This document shows, piece after piece, positions 42,017 through 51,890 of a stretch of DNA of 64,000 nucleotides. The notes under the pieces were generated by a model. It worked only from the letters and a program-made list of their open reading frames with translations. It was not told the origin of the DNA and made no database searches. Both the position numbers and the translations under genes were made by a program. The DNA lies in contig DASXTK010000310.1 of assembly GCA_036505485.1 (NCBI GenBank), positions 4,999 through 68,998 of the forward strand. Direction: 5' to 3'. Position 1 is the first letter of the stretch. Every line of letters begins with the position of its first letter. Source of the stretch: Acidimicrobiales bacterium. Lineage in GTDB: Bacteria > Actinomycetota > Acidimicrobiia > Acidimicrobiales > VFJN01.

Positions 42017-44235
42017 CACCCGGTCACCTTCCGGACGCTTCGGCGTGGACGCATCCGTCGAAGTCCACGATCGGCGACCGATGCTCCCCGACGAGCCACG
42101 TTCCCAACGGCGGTCGGCATCTGATAGCCGGCGGTGGCCAGTGCCACCGCCGTGGTCAGAGCCACGATCAACAACAGCGCGGCGGGCGACCACAGGGTGT
42201 TGATAGCTCGGATCCCCGTAAGTCCAGGGAGCTTGACCTTGTCCTCCTTCGCGGCCTCGAGCGCTTCGTCGACGGTGTCGGGAGTCGCTGGACGAGTAGG
42301 GGTGTCCGGATTGGCGCTCGGGTCAGAGCGGTTCCCGAGCCCCGACCCTGATCCCGACCCGCTGCCGTTCGCCGGGGGACCATACGAGCTGCCTGGTGCA
42401 CCACCAGTGTTCTGTGTGGTTGGCGGCGTCGTAGGTGGCGGGGTGTGCGTGCAGGCGGGCGGGGAGGATCCGACCTGCGCCAACGCGTTGGCGGCATCGG
42501 TCTGAAGGTCGGTGGTCAAAGGCACGAGCCCGCCGTCCTCCAGGGGGAGCTGGCCCTGCCCCTCGGTGGTCACATACTCGAGCCAGGCGCCCAGTTGCTG
42601 TTGCGACCCCGTCCTCGGCGCACAGTTGGCGTCCACCAGAGGCTGGGCCGGCGCCATGGCGTACTCGACGTAGGTGAGCGGATATCCCGCAGTCGTGTTG
42701 GGGTCGGGAACCAACGTCCCGTCCTGCTGGTGCTGCATCTGCGGCACGGCCGCAGCCAACGTCTCCGCCGTCGGCGTGACCCACCCGCCGGTGTTCGCCG
42801 GATCCGGGATGCTCACCACCGTCAGGCCGAGAGCATTGGCCGTCGCAAGGTCGGTGAGGACGTAGTAAGTCCCTTGGGAGTACAGCTCCCGGTAGACGAT
42901 CCGGGCCAGGTCGGGTCGGCCGGTCTTGAGGTCGAGCTCACCGGTCATGTGCGGGGGGTCAGCAGCGTTGAAGTCTGTCTCGACACCCCGCGCCACGCCC
43001 GCTGCGCTCTTCCAGTCATCAGGTGCGAGCGTGTCGAACCGGGTGCTGGCGAACAGGGTCGTCGACTGCGGTCCGGTGAGCGCCAGCGCCGCACCGACGT
43101 TGCTGTTGAGGAGGTAGTTGAGACCGGGGATCTGGAGGTTGTTGGCCAACACCTCGTTGCTCTGATCGCTGAACACCAACGCCTGCTCCCATTGTCCGAA
43201 GAGAGTGGCCAGGTGCTGGTTGGTCAGCCGGAACTCTGAGTGGGGTTTGGGGAAGTCGGTCGGCCAAGACCCGTCGACCACCGGATAGCCACCGCCTACA
43301 GCCACGACGACGGCATTCAGTCCGATCGGCACCGGCACCATCGGACGCCGCGTAGGTGGATCGAACCCGGGCCGATAGCCAACGGCGCTGTAGGTGAGGT
43401 CGAACTCGCCGGCAGCGAAGGAGTTGAGTGCCGTCCCCTCCGGCGCGAAGAAGGCGCTCGTCGGGGGTGGGCTGTCGGTCGTCTGGCAGACATCCCGGGT
43501 CCAGGACAACCAGGCATCTTGGAGCCGATCAGGCATCGTGGAGGTGGCGACGTCCGGCGATTGGCCGTCGCAACCAGTGACACCTGAAGTCGGCCGGTAG
43601 CCCAGCACGGGTCCGGGCCGGACGTAACTCACCGGGTCGCTGATCCCGGTCTGGGTGTAGATCTGGTACACGAAGCGGCAGGGATCGTCGGGCCCACAGG
43701 TCATCGAATAGTCGACGCCACCCAGCCGCCAGTTCGCCGTTCCGACCCCCGGCCGCAGGATGGCGATTCCCCGTTGGCCATGCTCGGAGCCCTCGTCGGG
43801 GAACCGATGGAACCGGTCACCGTCCAGCGAGCTGTCGCCCTCCGAGAGGTGGGCGCCGATGGTGACGCAGTTGCCGTTGGTGAAGTCCGCCTCGGTGTAG
43901 GTGTAGGTCTCGTCGACCAGCCGGCAGGTGTAGACCCGCGAAGGAGTGCCGGCGTAGACGACGGCGCCCGTGCCCGCGACCGTCTGCACGTTGACCTCGA
44001 CGGTCTGACCGCTGACCAGATCATCGGACTCGCTGACCGCGACGGTGAACGGATCAGAGGTCTGGGCCGCGGACCCTTCGGGCTCCGCCACCCACACGAC
44101 GACGGTGAGCAGGAGCGAGAGCACGGGGATCACGCCGATCCAGCGGTGTCCGAGTACGTAGGTGCGAGTGCGATGGCCGATACGGGTCATCGGGCGGTGT
44201 CCCCCAGGGGCGCGAAGAAGGTACGACATTGTCAA
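42016..44235 (-). CDS. Large secreted/surface protein with a PstS-like (PBP_like_2) domain, a Pro/Thr/Gly-rich stalk and a C-terminal LPGLTG + TM + basic tail
   Basis: N-terminal TM/signal IGVIPVLSLLLTVVVWVA. PBP-like motifs PIGLNAVVVAVGGG and GYPLTYVEYAMAP. The tail reads KLPGLTG-IRAINT-LWSPAALLLIVALTTAVALATAG-...RRGASVADRGLRRMRPRR. Confidence 0.7.
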   Translation of the reverse strand: MTMSYLLRAPGGHRPMTRIGHRTRTYVLGHRWIGVIPVLSLLLTVVVWVAEPEGSAAQTSDPFTVAVSESDDLVSGQTVEVNVQTVAGTGAVVYAGTPSRVYTCRLVDETYTYTEADFTNGNCVTIGAHLSEGDSSLDGDRFHRFPDEGSEHGQRGIAILRPGVGTANWRLGGVDYSMTCGPDDPCRFVYQIYTQTGISDPVSYVRPGPVLGYRPTSGVTGCDGQSPDVATSTMPDRLQDAWLSWTRDVCQTTDSPPPTSAFFAPEGTALNSFAAGEFDLTYSAVGYRPGFDPPTRRPMVPVPIGLNAVVVAVGGGYPVVDGSWPTDFPKPHSEFRLTNQHLATLFGQWEQALVFSDQSNEVLANNLQIPGLNYLLNSNVGAALALTGPQSTTLFASTRFDTLAPDDWKSAAGVARGVETDFNAADPPHMTGELDLKTGRPDLARIVYRELYSQGTYYVLTDLATANALGLTVVSIPDPANTGGWVTPTAETLAAAVPQMQHQQDGTLVPDPNTTAGYPLTYVEYAMAPAQPLVDANCAPRTGSQQQLGAWLEYVTTEGQGQLPLEDGGLVPLTTDLQTDAANALAQVGSSPPACTHTPPPTTPPTTQNTGGAPGSSYGPPANGSGSGSGSGLGNRSDPSANPDTPTRPATPDTVDEALEAAKEDKVKLPGLTGIRAINTLWSPAALLLIVALTTAVALATAGYQMPTAVGNVARRGASVADRGLRRMRPRRSVRKVTG

Positions 44236-44387
44236 TGGGCCTTTTTCTCATGCCCAGGTGAACTCGATGGGACGCGGACAACCACAAGGGATGAACAGTC
44301 GTGACGCGCCGTCGCCGGCCCCGGAAGCACCGGGACCGGCGGCGGACAGTGCACTTGGCGTGGGCTACTGGATCGAGCCGGTAGGCG

Positions 44388-45638
44388 TCAGGGCGTCCAC
44401 ATCCGGCAGTGGGTGCCCGGGATGTTGTGGGTCGGGTTGGCGGTGGCGTCCAGCGGACCGAAGCCGAAGTCGATCAACGTGCTGGCCTTGTCGCCGTTGC
44501 ACAGCGGGCTCTTGACCACGGGCGAGGCCACGTTGTCGAAGCCCACGAACCGCTTCGCAGCCTTGTAGCTGTTCGCACCGGTCGTGTTGTCGATGACGTT
44601 CCACACGTACCGCACTGCGGGATACGCCGGCGTCGGGTCGTTCAAGGGAACGTTGCCCTCGGCGACCGGACCGTTGGGGTCCGACGCGGTCGGGGTGCGC
44701 GGCTCCCACTTGCCGCCGACCAAACGAACCGGAATCTCGAACCCGAGTGTGGGCTCAGATGTGTCGTCCAAGTCGAGGTACGCCTGGCCGAAGCGGTCAT
44801 CGGTGGTCGTGCCCCGGGCCATCGACACCCAGTTGCCCACCGAGTACGGCTCCACTGCGGTCTGCTCGTCACCGTTGTTGTGGACCGTGAGACCAGTGTT
44901 CTCCTGGGTTTGGTTGATCGGGCACGAGACGATGGTGTTGGGGTCGAAGCCGAGCATGGCGACGAACGACTGGAACGTGCCCGAGCCGGTCTGGGGCGAG
45001 TAGCGCTCGATGGGGCCTGCAGTCCCGCCGAGTTGGCTCCAGTTGGTGATGGTGCAGTTGAAGATGCCCCGCACCTCGTTCAGGGTGATGTCATGGTCGG
45101 CCGGGATGTGTGAGCTGGCCGTGGTGATCCCGAGAGTGTCGAGACCGAAGGCGTAGTACTCGAACGACGCCAGGTCGGTGCCGGGAACCGTGCCGACGGC
45201 ACGGGGTGGCCCCGACGACCGGGCGATGTCGATGCACCCATCGCCGGCCTGCACCGACAGGAGCAGGGCGTTGCGCCCGGCGCTGGAGCCGTTGGGCCGG
45301 AGTACCTCACCAGCGACAGAAGTTGGGGTCCGATACGTCCGGGTGGGGCAGGGGGTGACGCCGTCGCTGGGGACCGTGTGGCCGGGGTCCGGCGTGACCA
45401 GCGAGATGGCCAACACGTTCTGGTTATCGTCCGCGTCGGGGTTGTACCCGGTGTCGGCGTTGTACTGGGCGGCCAGAGCCTTCATCACGTCCTGCGTGGT
45501 GTCCGAGCCGGCCATGGTGATCGACTGCTTGACGCCGTCATTGGTGCCACACGCTGACGCCAGGGCCGAGATCGCGAACAGCACCGCAGCACTCCCCACG
45601 ACCCCGCGCGCTCGGCGGGCGCTGAATGATCCAAGCAT
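44388..45638 (-). CDS. PstS-like periplasmic-binding-fold lipoprotein
   Basis: Signal VLFAISALASACGTNDG. ITMAGSDTTQDV, NGSSAGRNALL, ITLNEVRGIFNCTITNWSQLGG, SPQTGSGTFQSF. Confidence 0.75.
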   Translation of the reverse strand: MLGSFSARRARGVVGSAAVLFAISALASACGTNDGVKQSITMAGSDTTQDVMKALAAQYNADTGYNPDADDNQNVLAISLVTPDPGHTVPSDGVTPCPTRTYRTPTSVAGEVLRPNGSSAGRNALLLSVQAGDGCIDIARSSGPPRAVGTVPGTDLASFEYYAFGLDTLGITTASSHIPADHDITLNEVRGIFNCTITNWSQLGGTAGPIERYSPQTGSGTFQSFVAMLGFDPNTIVSCPINQTQENTGLTVHNNGDEQTAVEPYSVGNWVSMARGTTTDDRFGQAYLDLDDTSEPTLGFEIPVRLVGGKWEPRTPTASDPNGPVAEGNVPLNDPTPAYPAVRYVWNVIDNTTGANSYKAAKRFVGFDNVASPVVKSPLCNGDKASTLIDFGFGPLDATANPTHNIPGTHCRMWTP

Positions 45639-45840
45639 TCTGATTCTGATCCTCCTGAGCCCCAGGGGCTCAAAGTCGGTGTCGTGCACACATCTCTGCG
45701 TTGCACGCGCCCGTCCCCCGGACGCGGCCTCGTTCTGGCACACGAAGATGAACGCCCCGGGTGGTCTCGGGAGAACCGGCGATGAAGGTCCCAAGCGCAC
45801 TCGGTGAAATCCTCGGCCGTTCGCCTGGCGGGCCCCGAGA

Positions 45841-45873
45841 GTTCCGTTTCCGTTCGTTCTGCGGGCGTTGCCT
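45841..45873 (+). promoter_or_regulatory. Direct GTTC-type repeats with 11-nt phasing upstream of pstC (PHO-box-like)
   Basis: GTTCCGTTTCC GTTCGTTCTGC GGGCGTTGCCT, read directly, 32-64 nt upstream of ATG45905. Confidence 0.3.
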
Positions 45874-45904
45874 AGCTCGAGAGGCGTTGGTTTGATGCAC
45901 GCCG

Positions 45905-46885
45905 ATGGCAACGAGCCCCCCGCTCTTGCGCGCCCGGAAGCGTCGCGAGGTCACCGACGAGCCGACGCGGACCGACCGCTTTTTCGGCTACTTCACGAGT
46001 GCTGCGGGTCTAACCGTCCTCGCCCTGATGGTGCTCGTCGGGTTGTTCCTGTTCCTCCGGGCTCGCGACGCCTTCGACGTCATGGGCACCAAGTTCTTCA
46101 CCACCGTCGAGTGGAAACCCGACGATGCGTCGCCGAGCTTCGGAGTCCGGGGCCTCGTCACCGGAACCGTGCTGGTCGGGCTGATCGCGTTCGTGATCGC
46201 GGTGCCGGTGGGCACCTGCGCCGGCCTGTTCATCACCGAGTTCGCCTCGCCGCGTTGGCGCAGCGTGCTGACCTCGCTGGTCGATCTGCTGGCCGCCATT
46301 CCCAGCCTGCTCTATGGGCTGTGGGGACTGGTGTTCCTCCAGGACAAGATCGCGCCGCTGTCGGCCTGGTTGGCTCGGCACTTCGATTGGATCCCGCTGT
46401 TCCGGGTCAACGAGAACCCCGACTACATCCAGACCATGTTCATCGCTGGCGTCGTCGTCTCGCTGATGGTGATCCCCATCGTCGCCTCGATCACCCGGGA
46501 GGTGTTCTCCCAGACGCCCCCGGGCGAGAAGGAGGCGGCGCTCGCTCTGGGCGGCACCCGGTGGGGGATGGTACGACGGGTGGTGATCCCCTATGGCCGG
46601 GGTGGGATCGTCGGAGCGTCGATGCTCGGCCTCGGCCGAGCCCTGGGCGAGACCATCGCCGTGTTCCTACTCCTCCCTCAGGTGCCGGAGGAGACCATCC
46701 GCGTGCTGCAGCACGGAGGTGCGACCGTGTCGGGCTTCATCGTGCAGCGAGCCGGCGGTAGCGAGCTCAACATCTCGGGATTGATGGGCGCGGGCCTGAT
46801 GCTGTTCATCATGACGCTCACCACCAACCTGATTGCCTCCACCGTCATCGCCCGGAGCCGTTCCGGCGCGGGGGTCGAGCTGTAG
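45905..46885 (+). CDS. pstC: Phosphate ABC transporter permease PstC
   Basis: EFASPRWRSVLTSLVDLLAAIPSLLYGLWG. EAA loop REVFSQTPPGEKEAALALGGTRW. Confidence 0.9.
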   Translation: MATSPPLLRARKRREVTDEPTRTDRFFGYFTSAAGLTVLALMVLVGLFLFLRARDAFDVMGTKFFTTVEWKPDDASPSFGVRGLVTGTVLVGLIAFVIAVPVGTCAGLFITEFASPRWRSVLTSLVDLLAAIPSLLYGLWGLVFLQDKIAPLSAWLARHFDWIPLFRVNENPDYIQTMFIAGVVVSLMVIPIVASITREVFSQTPPGEKEAALALGGTRWGMVRRVVIPYGRGGIVGASMLGLGRALGETIAVFLLLPQVPEETIRVLQHGGATVSGFIVQRAGGSELNISGLMGAGLMLFIMTLTTNLIASTVIARSRSGAGVEL

Positions 46886-48054
46886 TGGCCACGCCGCTGC
46901 TCGCCCCCCCTCGATCCGCCCCGACCCCAGTGGCCGGGCGGGCCCGGCGCCGGCCGAGCGAACTGACCGCCACCGACATCGGCACCATCGTCGGCTGCGC
47001 CCTGAGTGCCATCGCGCTCACCTGGTTGATCTTCGCCCGTCTGACCGAAGGCGTGGGCTGGTTCGGCTTCGGCGTGGTCGCCTACCTCACCTTCGTGGTG
47101 CTCTTCGCGCTGGTCACGACCGACCGGCTCGGCCGCCTCGTTGCGGCGGACCGTGTGGCAACGGTTCTGGTCTCAACCGGAGCGGTGTTGCTGATGGTGC
47201 CTCTCGGGTTCCTGATCGTCTACATCGTCGCCAAAGGCCTCCCCCACCTACGCCCCAACTTCTTCACCGAGGACCAACGGGGGGTCAGCACCGCCGACCC
47301 ATCAACGGCGGGCGGAGGATCCCACGCCATCGTGGGGAGCCTCGAACAGGTTGCCCTGGCCCTCGCCTTCACGGTGCCTCTGGGTCTCACCACCGCCGTC
47401 TTCCTCAACGAGACCCGCAGCCGGTTCCGGCGGCCCATCCGCATCCTGGTCGACGCCATGAGCGGCCTGCCGTCGATCGTGGCGGGCCTGTTCATCTATG
47501 CCGTCTTCGTCATCCCCTACGCCGACTCGGTCAAGGTGTTCGGGCTGCACATCTTCGGATACAACGGGCTGCTGGCCGCCTTGGCGCTGTCGCTGGTCAT
47601 GACCCCCACCATCACCCGCACGTTCGAGCTGGTGCTGCGGCTGGTACCCGACGGGCTGCGCGAGGCCAGCCTCGCGCTCGGCGCCTCTCGGGCCCGCACC
47701 GTGTGGTCGGTCGTGCTCCCCACCGCGCGCAGCGGGGCCACGACCGCCATAGTGCTCGGCATCGCACGGGCAGTCGGTGAGACGGCACCGCTGTTGTTCA
47801 CGGCGTTCGGACAGACGCTGATGAACACGAACCCTCTGGACGACCCCCAGGAAAGCCTCCCCTTGTTCGTGTACCGCTACATCCGCGAACCGAACGCGGA
47901 GATCAGGGAACGCGGCTTCGTCGGCGCCACCGTGCTCCTGCTCATCGTGCTCAGCCTCTTCGCCGTGGCCCGCTACATCGGACGGGATCGTTCGCGTCAA
48001 AAGACCCGCCGGATCACACCGATCTTCGCCCGCTCCCAGGAGAGCAGCACATGA
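46885..48054 (+). CDS. pstA: Phosphate ABC transporter permease PstA
   Basis: [16 protein letters not shown] and [24 protein letters not shown] start overlaps the pstC stop. Confidence 0.9.
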   Translation: MATPLLAPPRSAPTPVAGRARRRPSELTATDIGTIVGCALSAIALTWLIFARLTEGVGWFGFGVVAYLTFVVLFALVTTDRLGRLVAADRVATVLVSTGAVLLMVPLGFLIVYIVAKGLPHLRPNFFTEDQRGVSTADPSTAGGGSHAIVGSLEQVALALAFTVPLGLTTAVFLNETRSRFRRPIRILVDAMSGLPSIVAGLFIYAVFVIPYADSVKVFGLHIFGYNGLLAALALSLVMTPTITRTFELVLRLVPDGLREASLALGASRARTVWSVVLPTARSGATTAIVLGIARAVGETAPLLFTAFGQTLMNTNPLDDPQESLPLFVYRYIREPNAEIRERGFVGATVLLLIVLSLFAVARYIGRDRSRQKTRRITPIFARSQESST

Positions 48055-48977
48055 CGGACTTCGGCCAGCAGCCGGTGACGACCGCGGCCATACCTCCCCC
48101 ACCTCCTCCGCCTCCTCCCGGCGCCAATGGTGACACCGAGCAGCTCGGCCTTGGCGATCAGCTGGCGCCCTCCCGGCCGGTCGCGCTGACCGGTGGCCCG
48201 CCGCCCGGAGCCGCCACCATCGTGACCCGAGACGCCTGCGCCTGGTTCGGTGAGAACTTGGTGCTCGAAGGCGTGGATCTCACCATGCCCCGCGGTGAGG
48301 TCACCGCGCTGATCGGCCCGTCGGGTTGCGGCAAATCGACCTTCCTACGCTTGCTCAACCGCATGCACGAGCTCGTGCCCGGAGCCAGTCTGGCCGGCGA
48401 GGTGCTGCTCGACGGTGAGGACATCTACCGCTACGGCATGCGGGCCCAGCAGGTCCGGCTGCGCATCGGCATGGTGTTCCAGAAGCCGAACCCGTTCCCG
48501 GCCATGAGCATCCGCGACAACGTGCTGTCCGGCCTGAAGCTGGCCCGCGTCGGTTGCTCCGACAAGAAGGCGCTGGTGGAGCGGTCGCTGCGCCGGGCCG
48601 GATTGTGGCGTGAGGTGCGTGATCGTCTGGGTGATCCGGGCGGCGCCTTGTCGGGGGGTCAGCAACAGCGGCTCTGCATCGCCCGAGCGTTGGCCGTCCA
48701 GCCCAACGTCCTGCTGATGGACGAGCCCTGCTCGGCCCTTGACCCCACCTCGACCCGCGTGATCGAGGACACCATCGCTGAACTGCGTGATGCGGTCACG
48801 GTGATCATCGTGACCCACAACATGCAACAGGCGCAGCGGGTGTCGGACCGCTGCGCCTTCTTCCTCGCAGCTGAGAACGAACCCGGCCGGGTGATCGAGT
48901 GGGGCCCGACCGACAAGATGTTCTCCGACCCCGACGACGACCGGACCTTGGCCTATGTCGAAGGGCGGTTCGGCTGA
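48051..48977 (+). CDS. pstB: Phosphate ABC transporter ATPase PstB (with a ~50-aa Pro-rich N-terminal extension if ATG48051 is used)
   Basis: [48 protein letters not shown]. Confidence 0.9.
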   Translation: MTDFGQQPVTTAAIPPPPPPPPPGANGDTEQLGLGDQLAPSRPVALTGGPPPGAATIVTRDACAWFGENLVLEGVDLTMPRGEVTALIGPSGCGKSTFLRLLNRMHELVPGASLAGEVLLDGEDIYRYGMRAQQVRLRIGMVFQKPNPFPAMSIRDNVLSGLKLARVGCSDKKALVERSLRRAGLWREVRDRLGDPGGALSGGQQQRLCIARALAVQPNVLLMDEPCSALDPTSTRVIEDTIAELRDAVTVIIVTHNMQQAQRVSDRCAFFLAAENEPGRVIEWGPTDKMFSDPDDDRTLAYVEGRFG

Positions 48978-50547
48978 CGTGGCGGCCGGGCGCTGGCACC
49001 GGCGATCGTTCCTGGCCGCGGCGGCGGTCGCCGGCATCCTCTCGGCTGGACTGGCACCCGCGGCCCAGGCCCGGCCCGAGGCACCCACCCAGGCGGGCTC
49101 GTCGGTTCTCGGTGTCGGTTCGACCTACGTGGGATTGGCCATGCAGCAGTGGGTCTCCGACGCGCAGGTGAGGGGCATCGACGTGAACTACACGCCGAGC
49201 GGTTCTCCCAATGGCCTCAACCGCTTCGCCGGCCGCACGGTCGACTTCGCCGGCACCGAGGCCGAGTTCTCGTCGCTCGGCGAGTCCGATCCGGTCACCC
49301 GCGGCTATCAGTACGTCCCGGACATCGCGGGCGCGGTGGCCATCATGTACAACGTCCAGGACAGCGCCGGGCGGCAGGTCGACTACCTGCACCTGTCACG
49401 CTCCACGGTTGCCCGGATCTTCATCGGCGCCATCACCCACTGGGACGACCAGGCGATCATCGACGACAACGCCGCCGCCAACCTCCGGTTGCCCCACGAA
49501 CCGATCAAGGTCGTCTACCGATCCGGGCAGTCGGGCACCACGGCCCTGTTCTACGACTTCGTCGCCAACACCGAGCCCTCCGGCTTCCAAAACTGGGTCG
49601 CCGGTCATCAGCTTCCGACCAACCATCGCATCATCGAGATCCCTGCTGACTTCGCGCCCCTCACCCACGGGGTAGGCGACTCGGCGGGCATGGCTCAGTT
49701 CGTCGCCGGAAGCGCGGGGCTCTGGTCGATCGGGTACGATGAGTTCGGCTACGCGCTCTCCTTCGGGGCCAACGCGGCCTGGATCCAGAACGCCGCGGGA
49801 AGGTGGGTGCTGCCGTACGCCGAGAACATCTCGGCCGCGCTCGAGAGCGCCGCTCTGCGACCCGACCTAAGCCAGGAGCTGTCCGGCGTCTACAGCAGCA
49901 CCAACGCCATCGCGTACCCCATCTCGGCCTACAGCTACATCGTCACTGCTTGCGCGCCAGCGGCCGACCGGAGCACCTGCCAGGGCAACTACGACGACGC
50001 CGGGACGGCCAAGACGATGACCGACTTCCTGGACTACATCGCATGCGACGGACAGGTCCCCGCGGCACGGATGGGCTACTCGCCGCTCCCACCCCTCCTC
50101 TCCCAGGAGGTGATCAACTCCATCGGCCGGATGAACGGCACGGCGGCACCCAAACAGCTCAGCCCTGAGAACTGCTCGAACCCCCGGTTCCACGGCTCGC
50201 TCGGGGAGGGCGCCGGGGCGCCTGAGGACCCCTTCGCCGGCCTGGACCCCAACGGTTCCGGTGCTGGGAACACCGGCCAACAGACCAATACCACCGGTGG
50301 TGGAGCCGACCAAGCGGCCGCCGCCGATGCCAGCGCCACGACCGAAAGCGCCGGGGCCGGACGAGGTGGTGTCGACGCCGTCGGCGGTGGATCAGGCGAG
50401 TACCGGGACGCCGATCCGGCCTCGTACAAGGGCGAAGGCGGCGCTGGTCTGGGCCGGTGGCCGATGGTGACGTTGCTCGGCCTGCTCGCCGCACCCCCTC
50501 TCGGCGGATCACTCTGGTCGCTGCGCCGCCGCGCTCGACTCCGCTAG
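48955..50547 (+). CDS. pstS: PstS-type phosphate-binding protein with a Tat-like signal and a C-terminal TM anchor
   Basis: [66 protein letters not shown]. The tail reads [29 protein letters not shown]. An alternative GTG is at 48979. Confidence 0.8.
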   Translation: MSKGGSADVAAGRWHRRSFLAAAAVAGILSAGLAPAAQARPEAPTQAGSSVLGVGSTYVGLAMQQWVSDAQVRGIDVNYTPSGSPNGLNRFAGRTVDFAGTEAEFSSLGESDPVTRGYQYVPDIAGAVAIMYNVQDSAGRQVDYLHLSRSTVARIFIGAITHWDDQAIIDDNAAANLRLPHEPIKVVYRSGQSGTTALFYDFVANTEPSGFQNWVAGHQLPTNHRIIEIPADFAPLTHGVGDSAGMAQFVAGSAGLWSIGYDEFGYALSFGANAAWIQNAAGRWVLPYAENISAALESAALRPDLSQELSGVYSSTNAIAYPISAYSYIVTACAPAADRSTCQGNYDDAGTAKTMTDFLDYIACDGQVPAARMGYSPLPPLLSQEVINSIGRMNGTAAPKQLSPENCSNPRFHGSLGEGAGAPEDPFAGLDPNGSGAGNTGQQTNTTGGGADQAAAADASATTESAGAGRGGVDAVGGGSGEYRDADPASYKGEGGAGLGRWPMVTLLGLLAAPPLGGSLWSLRRRARLR

Positions 50548-50548
50548 C

Positions 50549-51196
50549 TCAGGCCTTGGCGGGTACGTCGAGACTGGCGAGGAGGGCTCGGACTCTGTTG
50601 CCGATGAGGTCGCGGATGGGGCGGACGGCGTCGAGGCTCTGGCCGGCGGGGTCGTCCAGCTCCCAGTCTTCGTAACGTTTGCCCAGGAAGATGGGGCAGG
50701 CGTCGCCACAGCCCATGGTGACCACCACGTCGGCGGCGCGGATGATCTCGTCGGTCCAGGGCTTGGGGAACTCCTGGGCGATGTCGATGCCGACCTCGCG
50801 CATGGCGGCGACGGCAGCGGGGTTGATCTCGCTGCCGGGTTCCGAGCCACCGGACCAGGCGGTGGCTTTGCCGCCGGCGAGGTGGTTGAACCAGCCCAGT
50901 GCCATCTGGGAACGGCCGGCGTTGTGGACGCACAGGAACAGCACGATCGGGATGCCGTCGTCATGTTTGCCTTCGACTTTGGCAAGGGCCGTGAGGCGTT
51001 GCCGAGCGAAGCGCTCCCCGAGCAGCGACAGGAAGTTGACGAAGCTGGCCTTGCCCGCGAACTGGTCGTAGCTGGTCTCCAAGAACAGCTGGATGGTCTC
51101 AGTCGAGAACGTGCCCTCGAACTCCTGGTGCAGGTGGTTGGCTGCCGTCCGCAGGGCGAGGTGTTGGTCGGGGCTCAGAGAGTTGAGATCGGGCAT
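50549..51196 (-). CDS. arsC: Arsenate reductase (LMW-PTP / thioredoxin-coupled type) with an N-terminal helical domain
   Basis: LCVHNAGRSQMA (CX5R-S loop) and VVTMGCGDACP. Confidence 0.85.
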   Translation of the reverse strand: MPDLNSLSPDQHLALRTAANHLHQEFEGTFSTETIQLFLETSYDQFAGKASFVNFLSLLGERFARQRLTALAKVEGKHDDGIPIVLFLCVHNAGRSQMALGWFNHLAGGKATAWSGGSEPGSEINPAAVAAMREVGIDIAQEFPKPWTDEIIRAADVVVTMGCGDACPIFLGKRYEDWELDDPAGQSLDAVRPIRDLIGNRVRALLASLDVPAKA

Positions 51197-51890
51197 CGAG
51201 GACCTCCTCGAGTGACGGTTCAGGTTCAGGGAACAGCACCCGCGCCACGGCCACCGCGATGACCGCGCCTACGAGTTGGGCGCCGATGAAGAGCGGCAGG
51301 GAGGCGGGCGCGATGCCGGCGAAGCTGTCGGTGAGGGTCCGGGCCAGGGTGACAGCCGGGTTGGCGAAGCTGGTGGAGGACGTGAACCAATAGGCGGCGC
51401 CGATGTAGCCGGCCACCGCCACCGGGACTGCTGCGGCGCGACCGGAGCGCACGACCCCGAAGATCATCGTGAGCAGCCCGAACGTGGCGATCACCTCGGC
51501 CAGGGCGTGGGCGCCAGTGGCACGGTCCGTGCTGGACCAGTCGATCGCTGAGAGCTCGAACATCACGTTGGCGGCGACTGCACCAAGACAACCCCCGGTG
51601 ATCTGGGCAGCTATGTAGGCGCCGGCGACCCGGGTGTCGATCTTGGCGGTCAGACGTTCGGCGAGCGTCACCGCGGGATTGAAGTGCGCCCCCGAAACCG
51701 ACCCGAACGTGAAGATCAACGCGACCAGGGCCAGGACGGTCGCCGTCGAGCTCTCCAGCAGTTGCAGACCGACCTCATCGGGCGAGAGCTGTTGGGCGGC
51801 GATTCCGGAACCGACGACCGCACACACCAGCAGCCCCGTTCCCAGTCCTTCGGCCAGGCATCGAGCCGCCAGGGTCGGTTGGGCGTTCAT
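51099..51890 (-). CDS. MIP-family channel (aquaglyceroporin, AqpS-like) inside the ars operon
   Basis: SGAHFNPAVTLAE and SFANPAVTLAR (two NPA motifs). ATGA overlap with arsR. The 3' end overlaps arsC by 98 nt out of frame. Confidence 0.85.
   Translation of the reverse strand: MNAQPTLAARCLAEGLGTGLLVCAVVGSGIAAQQLSPDEVGLQLLESSTATVLALVALIFTFGSVSGAHFNPAVTLAERLTAKIDTRVAGAYIAAQITGGCLGAVAANVMFELSAIDWSSTDRATGAHALAEVIATFGLLTMIFGVVRSGRAAAVPVAVAGYIGAAYWFTSSTSFANPAVTLARTLTDSFAGIAPASLPLFIGAQLVGAVIAVAVARVLFPEPEPSLEEVLDARSQLSEPRPTPRPADGSQPPAPGVRGHVLD

Noticed and set aside
42214-42231. LPGLTG as a canonical LPXTG sortase motif.
   Set aside because: It has six residues, not five, and is not the LAXTG preferred by class E sortases. 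It is reported only as a near-miss signal.
48051-48200. The Pro-rich 50-aa N-terminal extension of PstB, as a novel domain.
   Set aside because: It may just reflect the ATGA-coupled start choice. The sequence is low complexity and no internal alternative was tested. It is noted in the feature only.
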